This document shows, one piece after another, positions 9,211 through 17,704 of a stretch of 41,581 nucleotides of DNA. The position numbers were made by a program, and so were the translations under genes. How positions within the stretch are numbered: the stretch's first letter is position 1; each line of letters starts with the position of its first letter. The notes below the pieces were generated by a model, which worked only from the letters and a program-made list of their open reading frames with translations, was not told where the DNA came from and ran no database searches. The DNA is from Elusimicrobiota bacterium (GTDB lineage: Bacteria; Elusimicrobiota; Elusimicrobia; UBA1565; JACRDR01). The stretch is taken from NCBI GenBank assembly GCA_041694815.1, contig JBGFSC010000037.1:1-41581 (forward strand), read 5' to 3'.

Positions 9211-10464
9211 ATGAGACCCATGGACCCGGCGTCGTTGCGGCAGGATTTCCCGATCCTTCAACGGAAGGTGCGGGGCAAGGCCCTGGTCTATCTTGATAAC
9301 GCGGCGACTACGCAGAAGCCCTCCCGCGTCATCGAGTTCGAGAAGGCGTTCTATGAGCGCCACAACGCCAATATCCACCGCGGGGTGCACGCCCTCTCCG
9401 AGGAATCCACCGCTCTCGTCGACGAGTCGCGCGCCAAGGTCGCGCGCTTTATCGGAGCCGGCGCGCGGGAGATCGTCTTCACCCGCAACGCGACGGAGTC
9501 CATAAACCTGGTCGCCCACGCCTGGGGCCGGAAGTTCCTGGGCCCCCGGGACGAGATACTCCTGACGGAGATGGAGCACCACTCCAATCTTGTCCCGTGG
9601 CAGCTGCTGGCCCAGGAGAAAGGCGTGCGGCTGCGCTTCGTGCCGGTGACGCCCCAGGGGACCATCGACCTGGAGAGCGCGCGGCGCACCATCACGCCGA
9701 AGACGAGGCTTTTCGCGTTCACCGCCATGTCCAACGCCCTGGGCTCCATCAACCCGGTCCGTGAGCTCGTGGCCTTGGCCAAGGAGAACGGCGCGGCTTC
9801 GCTCGTCGACGCCTCGCAATGGGTCCCCCACCTGCGTACCGACGTCGCCGAGCTTGATTGCGATTTCCTGGCCTTCTCGGCCCATAAGATGCTGGGGCCG
9901 ACAGGCGTCGGCGTGCTCTACGGGCGCCAAAAGCTCCTTGAGGAGATGAATCCGTTCTTGGGGGGCGGTGACATGATCGGCCAGGTCTGGCTCGAGCGAT
10001 CTAGCTATGCCGACCCTCCCCAGAAGTTCGAGGCCGGCACGCCGAACATCGCGGGCATCGCGGCCTTCGCTCAGGCGATCGATTATCTTTCCGAGATCGG
10101 CATGGAGGCCGTGCGCCGTCATGAGATCGCCTTGACGCAGCGGGCCCTGGAGATCGCGCGGGCGCAGTCGGGCGTGGAGCTCTACGGGCCCGCGGACGTC
10201 AACGAGCGTGGGGGGGTGCTCTCCTTCAACGTCGCCGACATCCACCCGCACGACGTGGGCCAGGTCTTTGACAGCGAAGGCATCGCCATCCGCGCCGGGC
10301 ATCATTGCTGCCAGCCCCTCATGAGCAAGATGCGCATCGGCGGCACGGCCCGCGCGAGCTTTTATTTGTACAACACGATCGAGGATGTGGAGGCCTTCGG
10401 GCGCGGTCTCCGGAAGGTCAAGGAGTTCTTCAAGGTGAAGGAGGCGGTGGGCCATGGAAGGTGA
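9211..10464 (+). CDS. sufS: Cysteine desulfurase SufS
   Basis: YLDNAATTQKP, SAHKMLGP (PLP Lys), FEAGTP and RAGHHC motifs. Confidence 0.97.
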   Translation: MRPMDPASLRQDFPILQRKVRGKALVYLDNAATTQKPSRVIEFEKAFYERHNANIHRGVHALSEESTALVDESRAKVARFIGAGAREIVFTRNATESINLVAHAWGRKFLGPRDEILLTEMEHHSNLVPWQLLAQEKGVRLRFVPVTPQGTIDLESARRTITPKTRLFAFTAMSNALGSINPVRELVALAKENGAASLVDASQWVPHLRTDVAELDCDFLAFSAHKMLGPTGVGVLYGRQKLLEEMNPFLGGGDMIGQVWLERSSYADPPQKFEAGTPNIAGIAAFAQAIDYLSEIGMEAVRRHEIALTQRALEIARAQSGVELYGPADVNERGGVLSFNVADIHPHDVGQVFDSEGIAIRAGHHCCQPLMSKMRIGGTARASFYLYNTIEDVEAFGRGLRKVKEFFKVKEAVGHGR

Positions 10465-10927
10465 CGCGGAGCTTTCCGACCTCTACCGCGACGTGCTCTT
10501 GGACTATTACCGTAGCACGGCCCACAAGGGCCGCCTCGAGTCTCCCGACGTCCGTGGCCACGGCGTGAGCCCGATCTGCGGAGACGAGATCGAGATCACC
10601 GCCAAGAACAGGCAAGGGCGCCTAGGCCCCATCCGTTACTCCGGCCGGGGTTGCGTCATCAGCCAGGCCTCCAGCGCGATGATGGCGCAGGCCTTGGAGG
10701 GCAAGACCTTGGCGGAGGTGCGTTCGCTGATGGAGGCTTTCGGGGACATGATGCTGCGCCAAGGTCCGGTGGACTCGCTTCCCGAGGATCTCGAGGAGGC
10801 CAAGGCCTTGGAGGGCGTGCGGAGATTCCCGGCCCGGGTCAAGTGCGCGATGCTGTCGTGGAACACTCTGCGCCTGGGCCTGGAAAAGCCCCGCGAGGCG
10901 GTCGAATTCAGGGAGGAGGGCTCATGA
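10454..10927 (+). CDS. sufU: SufU sulfur-transfer protein
   Basis: PICGDE, GCVISQAS and PARVKCA motifs. Confidence 0.93.
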   Translation: MEGDAELSDLYRDVLLDYYRSTAHKGRLESPDVRGHGVSPICGDEIEITAKNRQGRLGPIRYSGRGCVISQASSAMMAQALEGKTLAEVRSLMEAFGDMMLRQGPVDSLPEDLEEAKALEGVRRFPARVKCAMLSWNTLRLGLEKPREAVEFREEGS

Positions 10928-11259
10928 CGACGGCGACGGAACTTTCCTTCAAGGCGGTGGGCGCGGCACTGCTGCCGGTCGAGGACCCGGAGATACATAT
11001 GAGCATCGTCGAGCTCGGCCTTATCTACGGCGCGAGGATCGAGCCCGTCGAGGGGCAGGAGGGCCACCGGGTCACCGTTTCGATGAGTTTGACCTCCCCG
11101 GCCTGCCCCTACGGGCCGATGCTGCTGGCCATGGTGCACGGCGCCCTGGCGAAGCTGCCGGGCGTGCGCACTGTTGACGTCGACCTGACCTTCGCGCCGC
11201 TTTGGGATCCTCGGTCCATGGCCAGCGAGGAGGCCAAGGACAAATTGGGGATATTCTGA
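10924..11259 (+). CDS. sufT: DUF59/SufT metal-sulfur cluster biosynthesis protein
   Basis: DPEIHMSIVELGLIY, LTSPACP and PLW motifs. ATGA overlap with sufU. Confidence 0.9.
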   Translation: MTTATELSFKAVGAALLPVEDPEIHMSIVELGLIYGARIEPVEGQEGHRVTVSMSLTSPACPYGPMLLAMVHGALAKLPGVRTVDVDLTFAPLWDPRSMASEEAKDKLGIF

Positions 11260-11723
11260 TGAGGATCACGAGCCTGGTGGAATTCGCGGCAAGGATCATG
11301 GTGCGCCTGGCCGGCTTGGCGCCGCAGGCGACTCTTTCCGCCGATAAATTATCGGAGCTCGAGAACATCTCGCGCGACTACGTCGACCAGATACTCCACC
11401 GCCTGCGCAAGGGCGAATTGGTCGTCAGTCGGCGCGGAGCCCAGGGCGGCTACGCCCTGGCCAGGCCCGCCTCCCAGATATCCGTAGGCGCGGTGATCCG
11501 TTCCGTGGAGGGCGGAATCTTCGAGGAAGTCTGCGAGCGTTATTCATGCGGCGAGCAGCAATGCCACCACCTCACCGCGTGCGGCCTCCGGCCGGTATGG
11601 GAGCGGCTCGGGGAGCTCATCGAGGGCTATCTTGACGGGGTCACGCTCGACCAATTGGTCGCGCCCGAGGTCAAGGTCAAGGGCGTTTTGGCGAGCGCCG
11701 CGGCGTTCAGGAGGATGGCATGA
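11259..11723 (+). CDS. Rrf2-family transcriptional regulator, IscR-like
   Basis: wHTH with SRRGAQGGY and a Cys cluster (VCERYSCGEQQCHHLTAC). Start overlaps the sufT stop (TGATG). Confidence 0.9.
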   Translation: MRITSLVEFAARIMVRLAGLAPQATLSADKLSELENISRDYVDQILHRLRKGELVVSRRGAQGGYALARPASQISVGAVIRSVEGGIFEEVCERYSCGEQQCHHLTACGLRPVWERLGELIEGYLDGVTLDQLVAPEVKVKGVLASAAAFRRMA

Positions 11724-11962
11724 CGGAGCAGGGTTCGGTGCAGGAGCGCGTGGAACGGGTTTTGGCGAAGATACGGCCGTACATACAGTCCGACGGGGGC
11801 GACATCTCCCTGGTCTCCGTGGACGCGGCTTCCGGGATCGTGAAGGTTTCCCTCCACGGGGCCTGCGGCAGCTGCCCCAGTTCGACGGCGACCTTGAAGG
11901 GTGGCGTCGAGCGGATGATCCGTTCCGAGATCCCGGAGATCAAGGAAGTCGTTTCCGTTTAG
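11720..11962 (+). CDS. NifU-C/NfuA-type Fe-S carrier
   Basis: IRPYIQSDGGD and GACGSCPSS motifs. Confidence 0.93.
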   Translation: MTEQGSVQERVERVLAKIRPYIQSDGGDISLVSVDAASGIVKVSLHGACGSCPSSTATLKGGVERMIRSEIPEIKEVVSV

Positions 11963-11982
11963 CCCCGCATGGCGGGGCGGCT

Positions 11983-12795
11983 ATGCGTCTCGATCTGCAC
12001 ACCCACTCCCATTATTCCGACGGGACGTTGAGCCCGGGCGAGCTGGTGCGCCGCGCCCATGAAAAGGGGGTCGAGTGGATGGTGCTCACCGACCACGACA
12101 GTGTTTCCGGATACCTTGAGGCGCGCAAGGCGGCCGAGGGATTGGAGTTGAAGGTATACTGTGGCGTCGAAATCAATACCCGCCAGGACGGGGTCCATAT
12201 ACTCGGCTACGGGATCGATTGGCGCTCGACCGAGTTCCAGAGCCGCCTCGAGGATTTCCGAGGGAGACGGCGCAAACGCGTCCACGCGATGATCGAACGG
12301 TTGCGCGAGGCTAACGTGGATCTTCAGTGGAGCGACGTCGAGGCCGTCTCCAGCCATGGGGATGCATTGGGTCGGCCGCATATCGCCGACGCCCTGCGCC
12401 GCAAAGGCGTGGTGCGCACCCGGCAGGAGGCCTTCTCGAAGTATTTGACGCGCGGCAAGCCCGGTTTCGTCGAGGCGATGGGGCCGAGCGTGGAGGAGGC
12501 CATCGCCGCGATACGAGATGCCGGAGGCATGGCGGCGACCGCCCACCCCGGGACGATGTTTACCCTGGAAGATTTCAAGCGCTGGAGGGACGCGGGACTC
12601 GAGGGGGTGGAGGCGTACTACCCCACCCATTCCTCGCCGACCGTCGTCGGGCTCTTGGAGATCGCCAAGGCCCTCGGGCTGCTGGCGACCGGCGGATCCG
12701 ATTTCCATGGGCCGGGCACGGGCCGCAACAAGATCGGCGGCTTCGACGCCTCCGCCGAGGCCCTGCGCTGCCTCGAGCCCCGCGTCTGCCGCTGA
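11983..12795 (+). CDS. PHP-domain phosphoesterase (TrpH/YciV-like)
   Basis: DLHTHSHYSDG, TDHD, GRPHIA, AHP and GGSDFHG motifs. Confidence 0.93.
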   Translation: MRLDLHTHSHYSDGTLSPGELVRRAHEKGVEWMVLTDHDSVSGYLEARKAAEGLELKVYCGVEINTRQDGVHILGYGIDWRSTEFQSRLEDFRGRRRKRVHAMIERLREANVDLQWSDVEAVSSHGDALGRPHIADALRRKGVVRTRQEAFSKYLTRGKPGFVEAMGPSVEEAIAAIRDAGGMAATAHPGTMFTLEDFKRWRDAGLEGVEAYYPTHSSPTVVGLLEIAKALGLLATGGSDFHGPGTGRNKIGGFDASAEALRCLEPRVCR

Positions 12796-12801
12796 GATCC
12801 C

Positions 12802-13554
12802 ATGAGCGCTCGCAAGCTCGCCGCATTGATCGCGCACCGCGGGGCCTCGGGCTACGCGCCCGAGAACACCCTGGCGTCCTTCTCGCGCGCCCTGGAGCTT
12901 GGCGCTACTAGCGTCGAGTTCGACGTCCAGCAGACCAAGGACCAGCGCCTGGTCGTGATTCATGACGACGAGCTTTCCCGGGTCGCGGGCCTTAGGCGGC
13001 GCGTCGGCTCCATGAGCTACCTGGAGCTCTCGCAGGTCGACGTCGGCTCCTGGTTCGATTCCCATTTCAAGGGAGAACGGGTCCCGCTGCTCGAGGAGGT
13101 ATTGGACCTCTTCGCCGGCAAGGTCGAGCTGCACCTAGAGATCAAGCACGGCACCAGGCCCTATCCCGGCATCGAGGAGCGCGTCTTGGAGCTGCTGGGC
13201 TCGCGTCCGGAGCAGGAGGGAAAGGTGGTGGTCTCGAGCTTCTACCACGAGAGCCTCCACCGGCTGCGCACCCTCGACCGCACGCTCCGGCTCGGTTTTC
13301 TCGTCGGGTATTCGCGCCGGATCACGGCGTTGCGCGAGGCCTATGAGCTCGACTGCGAAAGCGTGCATATGAGCGCGCGGCAGGTGGACCGCGCCTGGAC
13401 CCAGGCCTTGCACCGGGATGGGCGCAAGGCGCTTGTCTACACGGTCAACGAGCCCAAGGAGTACGAACGGCTCAACGCCCTGGGCGTCGACGGCGTCTTC
13501 ACCAATTATCCCGATCTGGGCCGTCTGCACCGCGCGGGGGCGCCTGAGGAATGA
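12802..13554 (+). CDS. Glycerophosphodiester phosphodiesterase
   Basis: IAHRGASGYAPENT, EFDV, IHD, EIK and GVDGVFTNYP motifs. Confidence 0.94.
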   Translation: MSARKLAALIAHRGASGYAPENTLASFSRALELGATSVEFDVQQTKDQRLVVIHDDELSRVAGLRRRVGSMSYLELSQVDVGSWFDSHFKGERVPLLEEVLDLFAGKVELHLEIKHGTRPYPGIEERVLELLGSRPEQEGKVVVSSFYHESLHRLRTLDRTLRLGFLVGYSRRITALREAYELDCESVHMSARQVDRAWTQALHRDGRKALVYTVNEPKEYERLNALGVDGVFTNYPDLGRLHRAGAPEE

Positions 13555-14573
13555 AGACGGCGGCGCGCCGCCTCGAGGAGGAGGTGGACCGGTTGTCGGC
13601 CGCCGGGCTCTCCGCCCTGGGGTACTCAGAGGCGGAGCTGGAGCGCTGCGCGCACCTGACGCTGCGCATCGGCGAGCTTAAGCGCGCCTCGGACGCCGTG
13701 ATCCCGGCGCATGTCTACCAGCGCGCCGAGATCCTGCACGGCGTGGCCGATTTCACCGGCGATTCCTATAAGCTCTCGAAGCAATGCGCGGGTGTTACCG
13801 CGCGGCGCATCGTCTTCTGCGGGGTGCGCTTTATGGCCGAGACGGCCAAGATCTTAAACCCGGACAAGGAGGTGTATCTTCCGGCCCTGGAGGCGGGCTG
13901 CTCGCTCGCCGATTCCATCGCCGCCGCCGACGTGCGGGGGCTCAAGGCGGAGCATCCGGGCGTGCCGGTGGTCAGCTACATCAACACCAGCGCCGAGGTC
14001 AAGGCGGAAAGCGACGTGATCGTCACCAGCGCCAACGCCGCGGGCATCCTGCGCAGGCTCTTCGCGGAGCATCCGCGGCTGATCTTCCTTCCGGACGAGT
14101 GGATGGGCCGCAACCTCGCCCGCGAGCTCGCCAAAAAGGTCGGCTCCGAGCTCATTATTTGGAACGGCAAATGCGTCGTCCACGAGAATTTCGACGCCGG
14201 CTCGGTCGCCTTCTACCGGAAGATGTACCCGGGGGTCAAGATACTGGCGCACACGGAGTGCAGCCCCTCCTTGGTGCGGGCGGTCGATTTCGCCGGCGGC
14301 ACCGGCGACATGATGCGCTACGTCGCGGGCACGAGGGCCAAAAGCTACATGCTGGTGACGGAATGCGGGCTCGGGGATCTGGCGCGGGTCCAATTCCCCG
14401 AAAAGGCCTTCGTCCCCATGTGCCGGCTCTGCCCGTACATGAAGGCCACCGACCTGCGGCATGTCTTAGACGTTTTGGAGAACCCCGAGCCCGCCCGTCG
14501 CATCGAGCTCGACCGCGGCTTGATGGACCGGGCCCGCCGTTCCATCGAGCGGATGTTCGAATTGTCCGAGTAG
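13551..14573 (+). CDS. nadA: Quinolinate synthase
   Basis: AHVYQ, GDSY, FCGVRFMAETAKILNP. Three Fe-S Cys (AGCS, KCVVH, LCPYMK). Confidence 0.95.
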   Translation: MKTAARRLEEEVDRLSAAGLSALGYSEAELERCAHLTLRIGELKRASDAVIPAHVYQRAEILHGVADFTGDSYKLSKQCAGVTARRIVFCGVRFMAETAKILNPDKEVYLPALEAGCSLADSIAAADVRGLKAEHPGVPVVSYINTSAEVKAESDVIVTSANAAGILRRLFAEHPRLIFLPDEWMGRNLARELAKKVGSELIIWNGKCVVHENFDAGSVAFYRKMYPGVKILAHTECSPSLVRAVDFAGGTGDMMRYVAGTRAKSYMLVTECGLGDLARVQFPEKAFVPMCRLCPYMKATDLRHVLDVLENPEPARRIELDRGLMDRARRSIERMFELSE

Positions 14574-14668
14574 CAAGCGGAACGTTCGCCACCGCGTCTT
14601 CTCTGACGAATCCCGAGGTGGGCGTCCGGCGGCTGTCCCGTTTAGAGGGTTAAAATGTATACTGGGGC

Positions 14669-15169
14669 GTGGCCTTATTCGAGCCCGTATTTGCCGCGCT
14701 TAATGGCGCGGATGTCCGCTATATCGTCGTCGGTGGGCTTGCGGTGGTTCTGCACGGGTATCCACGTCTAACCGCCGATGTCGATATCGTATTGGATTTG
14801 GAGTCTTCTTCGGCCCGAAAGGCCTTGGAGGCCCTGGCGGGACTTGGGCTTAAATCGCGGCTTCCGGTTGACCTTTTGGCCTTTGCGGATGCCCGACAGC
14901 GAAACGATTGGATTGAGAATAAGAACATGCAGGTGTTTACCTTGTATTCTTCTTCGAACCCATTGCTCACCCTTGATCTATTTGTTCGGGAACCGATCCC
15001 ATTCGAGCAACTTTGGGAACGTTCCGAAATTCTTGATTTGAACGGTGCCCAGGTCCGCGTGGCCTCCATGGACGATCTGATCGCGATGAAACAGGCCGTA
15101 GGGCGTCCTCAGGATCTAATCGACGTCGAGGCCCTTAAGGCGTTAAAAGAAGCGCGAAAGCGGAGATGA
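14669..15169 (+). CDS. Putative nucleotidyltransferase (DUF6036/AbiEii-like)
   Basis: VGGLAVVLHGYPRLTADVD and DLIAMKQAVGRPQD motifs. TATACT lies 5 nt before the GTG. Lower GC. Confidence 0.8.
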   Translation: MALFEPVFAALNGADVRYIVVGGLAVVLHGYPRLTADVDIVLDLESSSARKALEALAGLGLKSRLPVDLLAFADARQRNDWIENKNMQVFTLYSSSNPLLTLDLFVREPIPFEQLWERSEILDLNGAQVRVASMDDLIAMKQAVGRPQDLIDVEALKALKEARKRR

Positions 15170-15321
15170 CCCCCGAGCCATCATCCTGGGAATGCACGTG
15201 GGAGGACGCGCGCCGACGGCAATTGATCGCAGGGCTCGAGGCGACTCCCGCCCAGCGGTTGGCTTGGCTGGAAGAGATGATACTCTTGGCGCATCGCAGT
15301 GGGGCGCTGCCGAAGCATTAG
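15166..15321 (+). CDS. Small 51-aa partner protein of the nucleotidyltransferase (not in the ORF track)
   Basis: ATGA overlap with the NTase stop. MTPEPSSWECTWEDARRRQLIAGLEATPAQRLAWLEEMILLAHRSGALPKH. Confidence 0.7.
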   Translation: MTPEPSSWECTWEDARRRQLIAGLEATPAQRLAWLEEMILLAHRSGALPKH

Positions 15322-15323
15322 TT

Positions 15324-15893
15324 TCATCGATGCCTCAGTCCGTGGACCCAAGACGCGAGATTCTCGCTCAGAATGGTGATCCAGACCTGGATGGCGCAAG
15401 GCAGCGGCAAGAGCCCACAGAAGGCGGCAAGGACGGCCGAATTCCATACAGAATAACCCTGTTTGAGTAAGCCGATCGCGGTCAGGACGGCCAAGCCCAG
15501 GCTGCTCCAAACCCAAAACGACAGCGGGACCTGGCCCGCCACGGCGGCAACGGCGAGTATCGTCGCGGCAGTGGGCGCCACCATAGCCGCAGCGCCCCCC
15601 GCCAGCTGATCAACGCCGTCTGGAACGCAATGACGATGGTTGCTCGGCTCTTTAACTACGATCGGGCCGCGTCGAACCCTGTTTCGTCCCGTGATCAATG
15701 ATTGGAACTTGATTCCGAGATTCGCCTCCGCCAGGCTCGACCCCGCCGAGTCGCCCGTTGGAGCAATAGCCTCGCCAAATCTGATCCCAGATTCATGTTT
15801 AATTCCTTCAAACGACTGAGCAAAAACCAAGCCGGATTTGGCCGCGAACAATAATGAAAGAAACATCGCTCGCTGGAGCGTTGCCGATGGCAC
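15324..15893 (-). CDS. Secreted/membrane hypothetical protein with a hydrophobic C-terminus
   Basis: In-frame GTG at 15893 lies 6 nt after -10-like CAAACT (15905-15900); the alternative start is ATG 15866. Signal-like N-terminus and C-terminal TM segments. Confidence 0.55.
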   Translation of the reverse strand: MPSATLQRAMFLSLLFAAKSGLVFAQSFEGIKHESGIRFGEAIAPTGDSAGSSLAEANLGIKFQSLITGRNRVRRGPIVVKEPSNHRHCVPDGVDQLAGGAAAMVAPTAATILAVAAVAGQVPLSFWVWSSLGLAVLTAIGLLKQGYSVWNSAVLAAFCGLLPLPCAIQVWITILSENLASWVHGLRHR

Positions 15894-15928
15894 GCTCAAA
15901 GTTTGCAGGACGAAACGCGGCCGCGCCT

Positions 15929-15988
15929 GGGCCATTAGGGTCCTCGAAGAAGAGCCCTTTGGGCTGAGGGAGCTGGGTCTAAAGGCCC
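15929..15988. promoter_or_regulatory. Tandem 14-bp palindromic boxes (array B)
   Basis: GGGCCATTAGGGTC 15929, GAGCCCTTTGGGCT 15952 and GGGTCTAAAGGCCC 15975, period 23. Confidence 0.65.
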
Positions 15989-16001
15989 GCTTGACGCAGG
16001 C

Positions 16002-16409
16002 CTACGCGGGACTGTCGACGTCGACATCGTGCTGTGGATTTCCAGGGAAAACTTCCTCAAGGCCGAAGAGGCGTTTAAGGCCTTGGGTCTGATTAGCCGT
16101 CTTCCGGTGTCGGCCGCGGAGGTATTCGCTTTCCGGGAGGAGTACATCGCCAATAAAAACCTGAAGGCCTGGAGTTTTTACAATCCGGCCAATCGTGCCG
16201 AGATCGTTGATGTGATACTGACAGAGGATTTGGCGAAACTAAAGGTTAAGCGGGTCAGGTTGGGGCGACACCTTTTGCCGATCATCAGCCTCAAGGTGCC
16301 CGAGGATCTTCTCACGATGTTTAAGGACAAAGCGGCCCGCAGCGGGGTTGCCTACCAGACGCAGATCAAGCGCTTGATGGCCGAATGGTTGGGCCTTACC
16401 AGTTTCTGA
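16002..16409 (+). pseudogene. 5'-truncated nucleotidyltransferase fused in frame to a CopG/BrnA-like ribbon-helix-helix antitoxin tail
   Basis: The frame reads LRGTVDVDIVL...GLISRLPV...NKNLKAW, homologous to the 14669 NTase but lacking its GG motif. It then switches to ISLKVPEDLLTMFKDKAARSGVAYQTQIKRLMAEWL. Confidence 0.7.
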
Positions 16410-16827
16410 TTTTCTTGACCGAGTAGGCGATCACGAGCCCCAGCCCCGCGCCGACGATTTGGCCGATCATTAGGCCCGGAGTTCCTGCCAAGGCGAGACC
16501 CCCAAGCATCCCCGCGAGCATGCCGAGGCCGATGACGGCGGCTCCGCCGACGGATTTGTTCCCAGCCCCGATCGTGTGCGGGTGGACTCCCCTGGGTTCC
16601 ACGACGACGATCGGCGCTCTGAGCCCGGGCTTGGCCGTCCGAGCCGCCTGGGTTGCCGGGCCAGCTCCCGAGCCGGGGCCTGCGGCAATTTCGGGCGCCG
16701 GCCGCTGCGCCGCATTGTGATCGAATTGTTTGCCCGCCGCCGCGCTCGCCTCCTCGTCGCCGGCGGCGAAGCCGGAGGGCGCGGAAACCATCGAAATAGC
16801 CAGAGCCAGATAAACTATTCTTGTCAT
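16396..16827 (-). CDS. Secreted protein with a C-terminal glycine-zipper membrane segment
   Basis: Signal peptide, Ala/Pro linker and GxxxG-rich tail. CATACT lies 6 nt before the ATG. Confidence 0.7.
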   Translation of the reverse strand: MTRIVYLALAISMVSAPSGFAAGDEEASAAAGKQFDHNAAQRPAPEIAAGPGSGAGPATQAARTAKPGLRAPIVVVEPRGVHPHTIGAGNKSVGGAAVIGLGMLAGMLGGLALAGTPGLMIGQIVGAGLGLVIAYSVKKIRNW

Positions 16828-16862
16828 GCGCTTAGTATGCGGCGAGCGTCACGTATTCGCGT

Positions 16863-16923
16863 GAGGCTTTGGGCCTACGCCTCGATGGTCTTAAGGCCCA
16901 TCCCAGATTAGGTCTTAAGACAC
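16863..16923. promoter_or_regulatory. Tandem 14-bp palindromic boxes (array C) shared by divergent promoters
   Basis: GAGGCTTTGGGCCT 16863, TGGTCTTAAGGCCC 16886 and AGGTCTTAAGACAC 16910. Each outer box is 23 nt from a -10 (CATACT 16839-16834; AATAAT 16947-16952). Confidence 0.7.
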
Positions 16924-16958
16924 TTTTGGAAGGGGCATGATGAGGCAATAATGAACGT

Positions 16959-17684
16959 ATGAGGAGACTAATTTTAAACGTGGCGCTGCTTGGTATCATC
17001 CTAGCGCCGCGTAGTCATGCGACGATATTCCAACTCAACCAAGCCGTGCTTCTTTATGATAATAACGGATACATCAATGCAGGATCTGTCGATGCCTTCT
17101 TTCCCGATGGCTCCGTCGCAATACGGCGCAGTTCGGATGGTGTTCTCAAGCGAGCGGACATTAACAATATCGCTAGAACCCAGGGCTGTGTCGGACGCTT
17201 TTGTGTCGGTGAGGAGGTCGTTGTCCTTTACAGAGATCACTATAAAAACTCTGAAAAGATATGTCATGGATTAGTAAAAGGTTTTTTTGACGATGGGACA
17301 ATCGCCGTCCTTGCCGAAAATTGGCATAGGGTTCAAGACCAAGCTTTGGCCTCCCTGAAGGGATCTGCGGGTGATCTTAAGGTCGGGGATTTTATCGTCG
17401 CTGACAAGGGAAGCCAGGCTGGTGTCTTCGATGCCGAGATCGTGGGTTTCTTCTCTCCTTCGCTTGTCGCGGTACGCAGCCATATTGCTGGGACTACGTA
17501 TTATCATCAAGTGAGGCGCGATGATATAGCCCGCAAGGGCGCGCCGATCACCGGCTTGGGCCCTCTGGAGGAGCTGGAGCAGCGCTTGGCCGAGCAGGCC
17601 TCGACGTTGGGTTTTGCCGGCGATGAAAGCGCCGAAGTGCGCTATAGGCTGCCGGACGCCGATCAAAAGACGGAAAATCCTTAG
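16959..17684 (+). CDS. Secreted hypothetical protein with three small beta-rich repeats
   Basis: Signal peptide. Repeats GSVDAFFPDGSVAI / GLVKGFFDDGTIAV / AEIVGFFSPSLVAV. Low-GC body. Confidence 0.7.
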   Translation: MRRLILNVALLGIILAPRSHATIFQLNQAVLLYDNNGYINAGSVDAFFPDGSVAIRRSSDGVLKRADINNIARTQGCVGRFCVGEEVVVLYRDHYKNSEKICHGLVKGFFDDGTIAVLAENWHRVQDQALASLKGSAGDLKVGDFIVADKGSQAGVFDAEIVGFFSPSLVAVRSHIAGTTYYHQVRRDDIARKGAPITGLGPLEELEQRLAEQASTLGFAGDESAEVRYRLPDADQKTENP

Positions 17685-17704
17685 CTTGTTCGGGGCCGGC
17701 GCGG

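Noticed and set aside
8848..10455. Long antisense or alternate-frame ORFs (for example 8848-10455, 11959-13134, 26034-27299 and 38564-39703)
   Set aside because: They are shadow ORFs of well-supported genes, expected in high-GC DNA, and carry no recognisable motifs.
15929..16923. Box arrays as CRISPR repeats
   Set aside because: Units are 14 bp, degenerate, with 9-10 bp spacers and only 2-3 copies. No cas genes are present.
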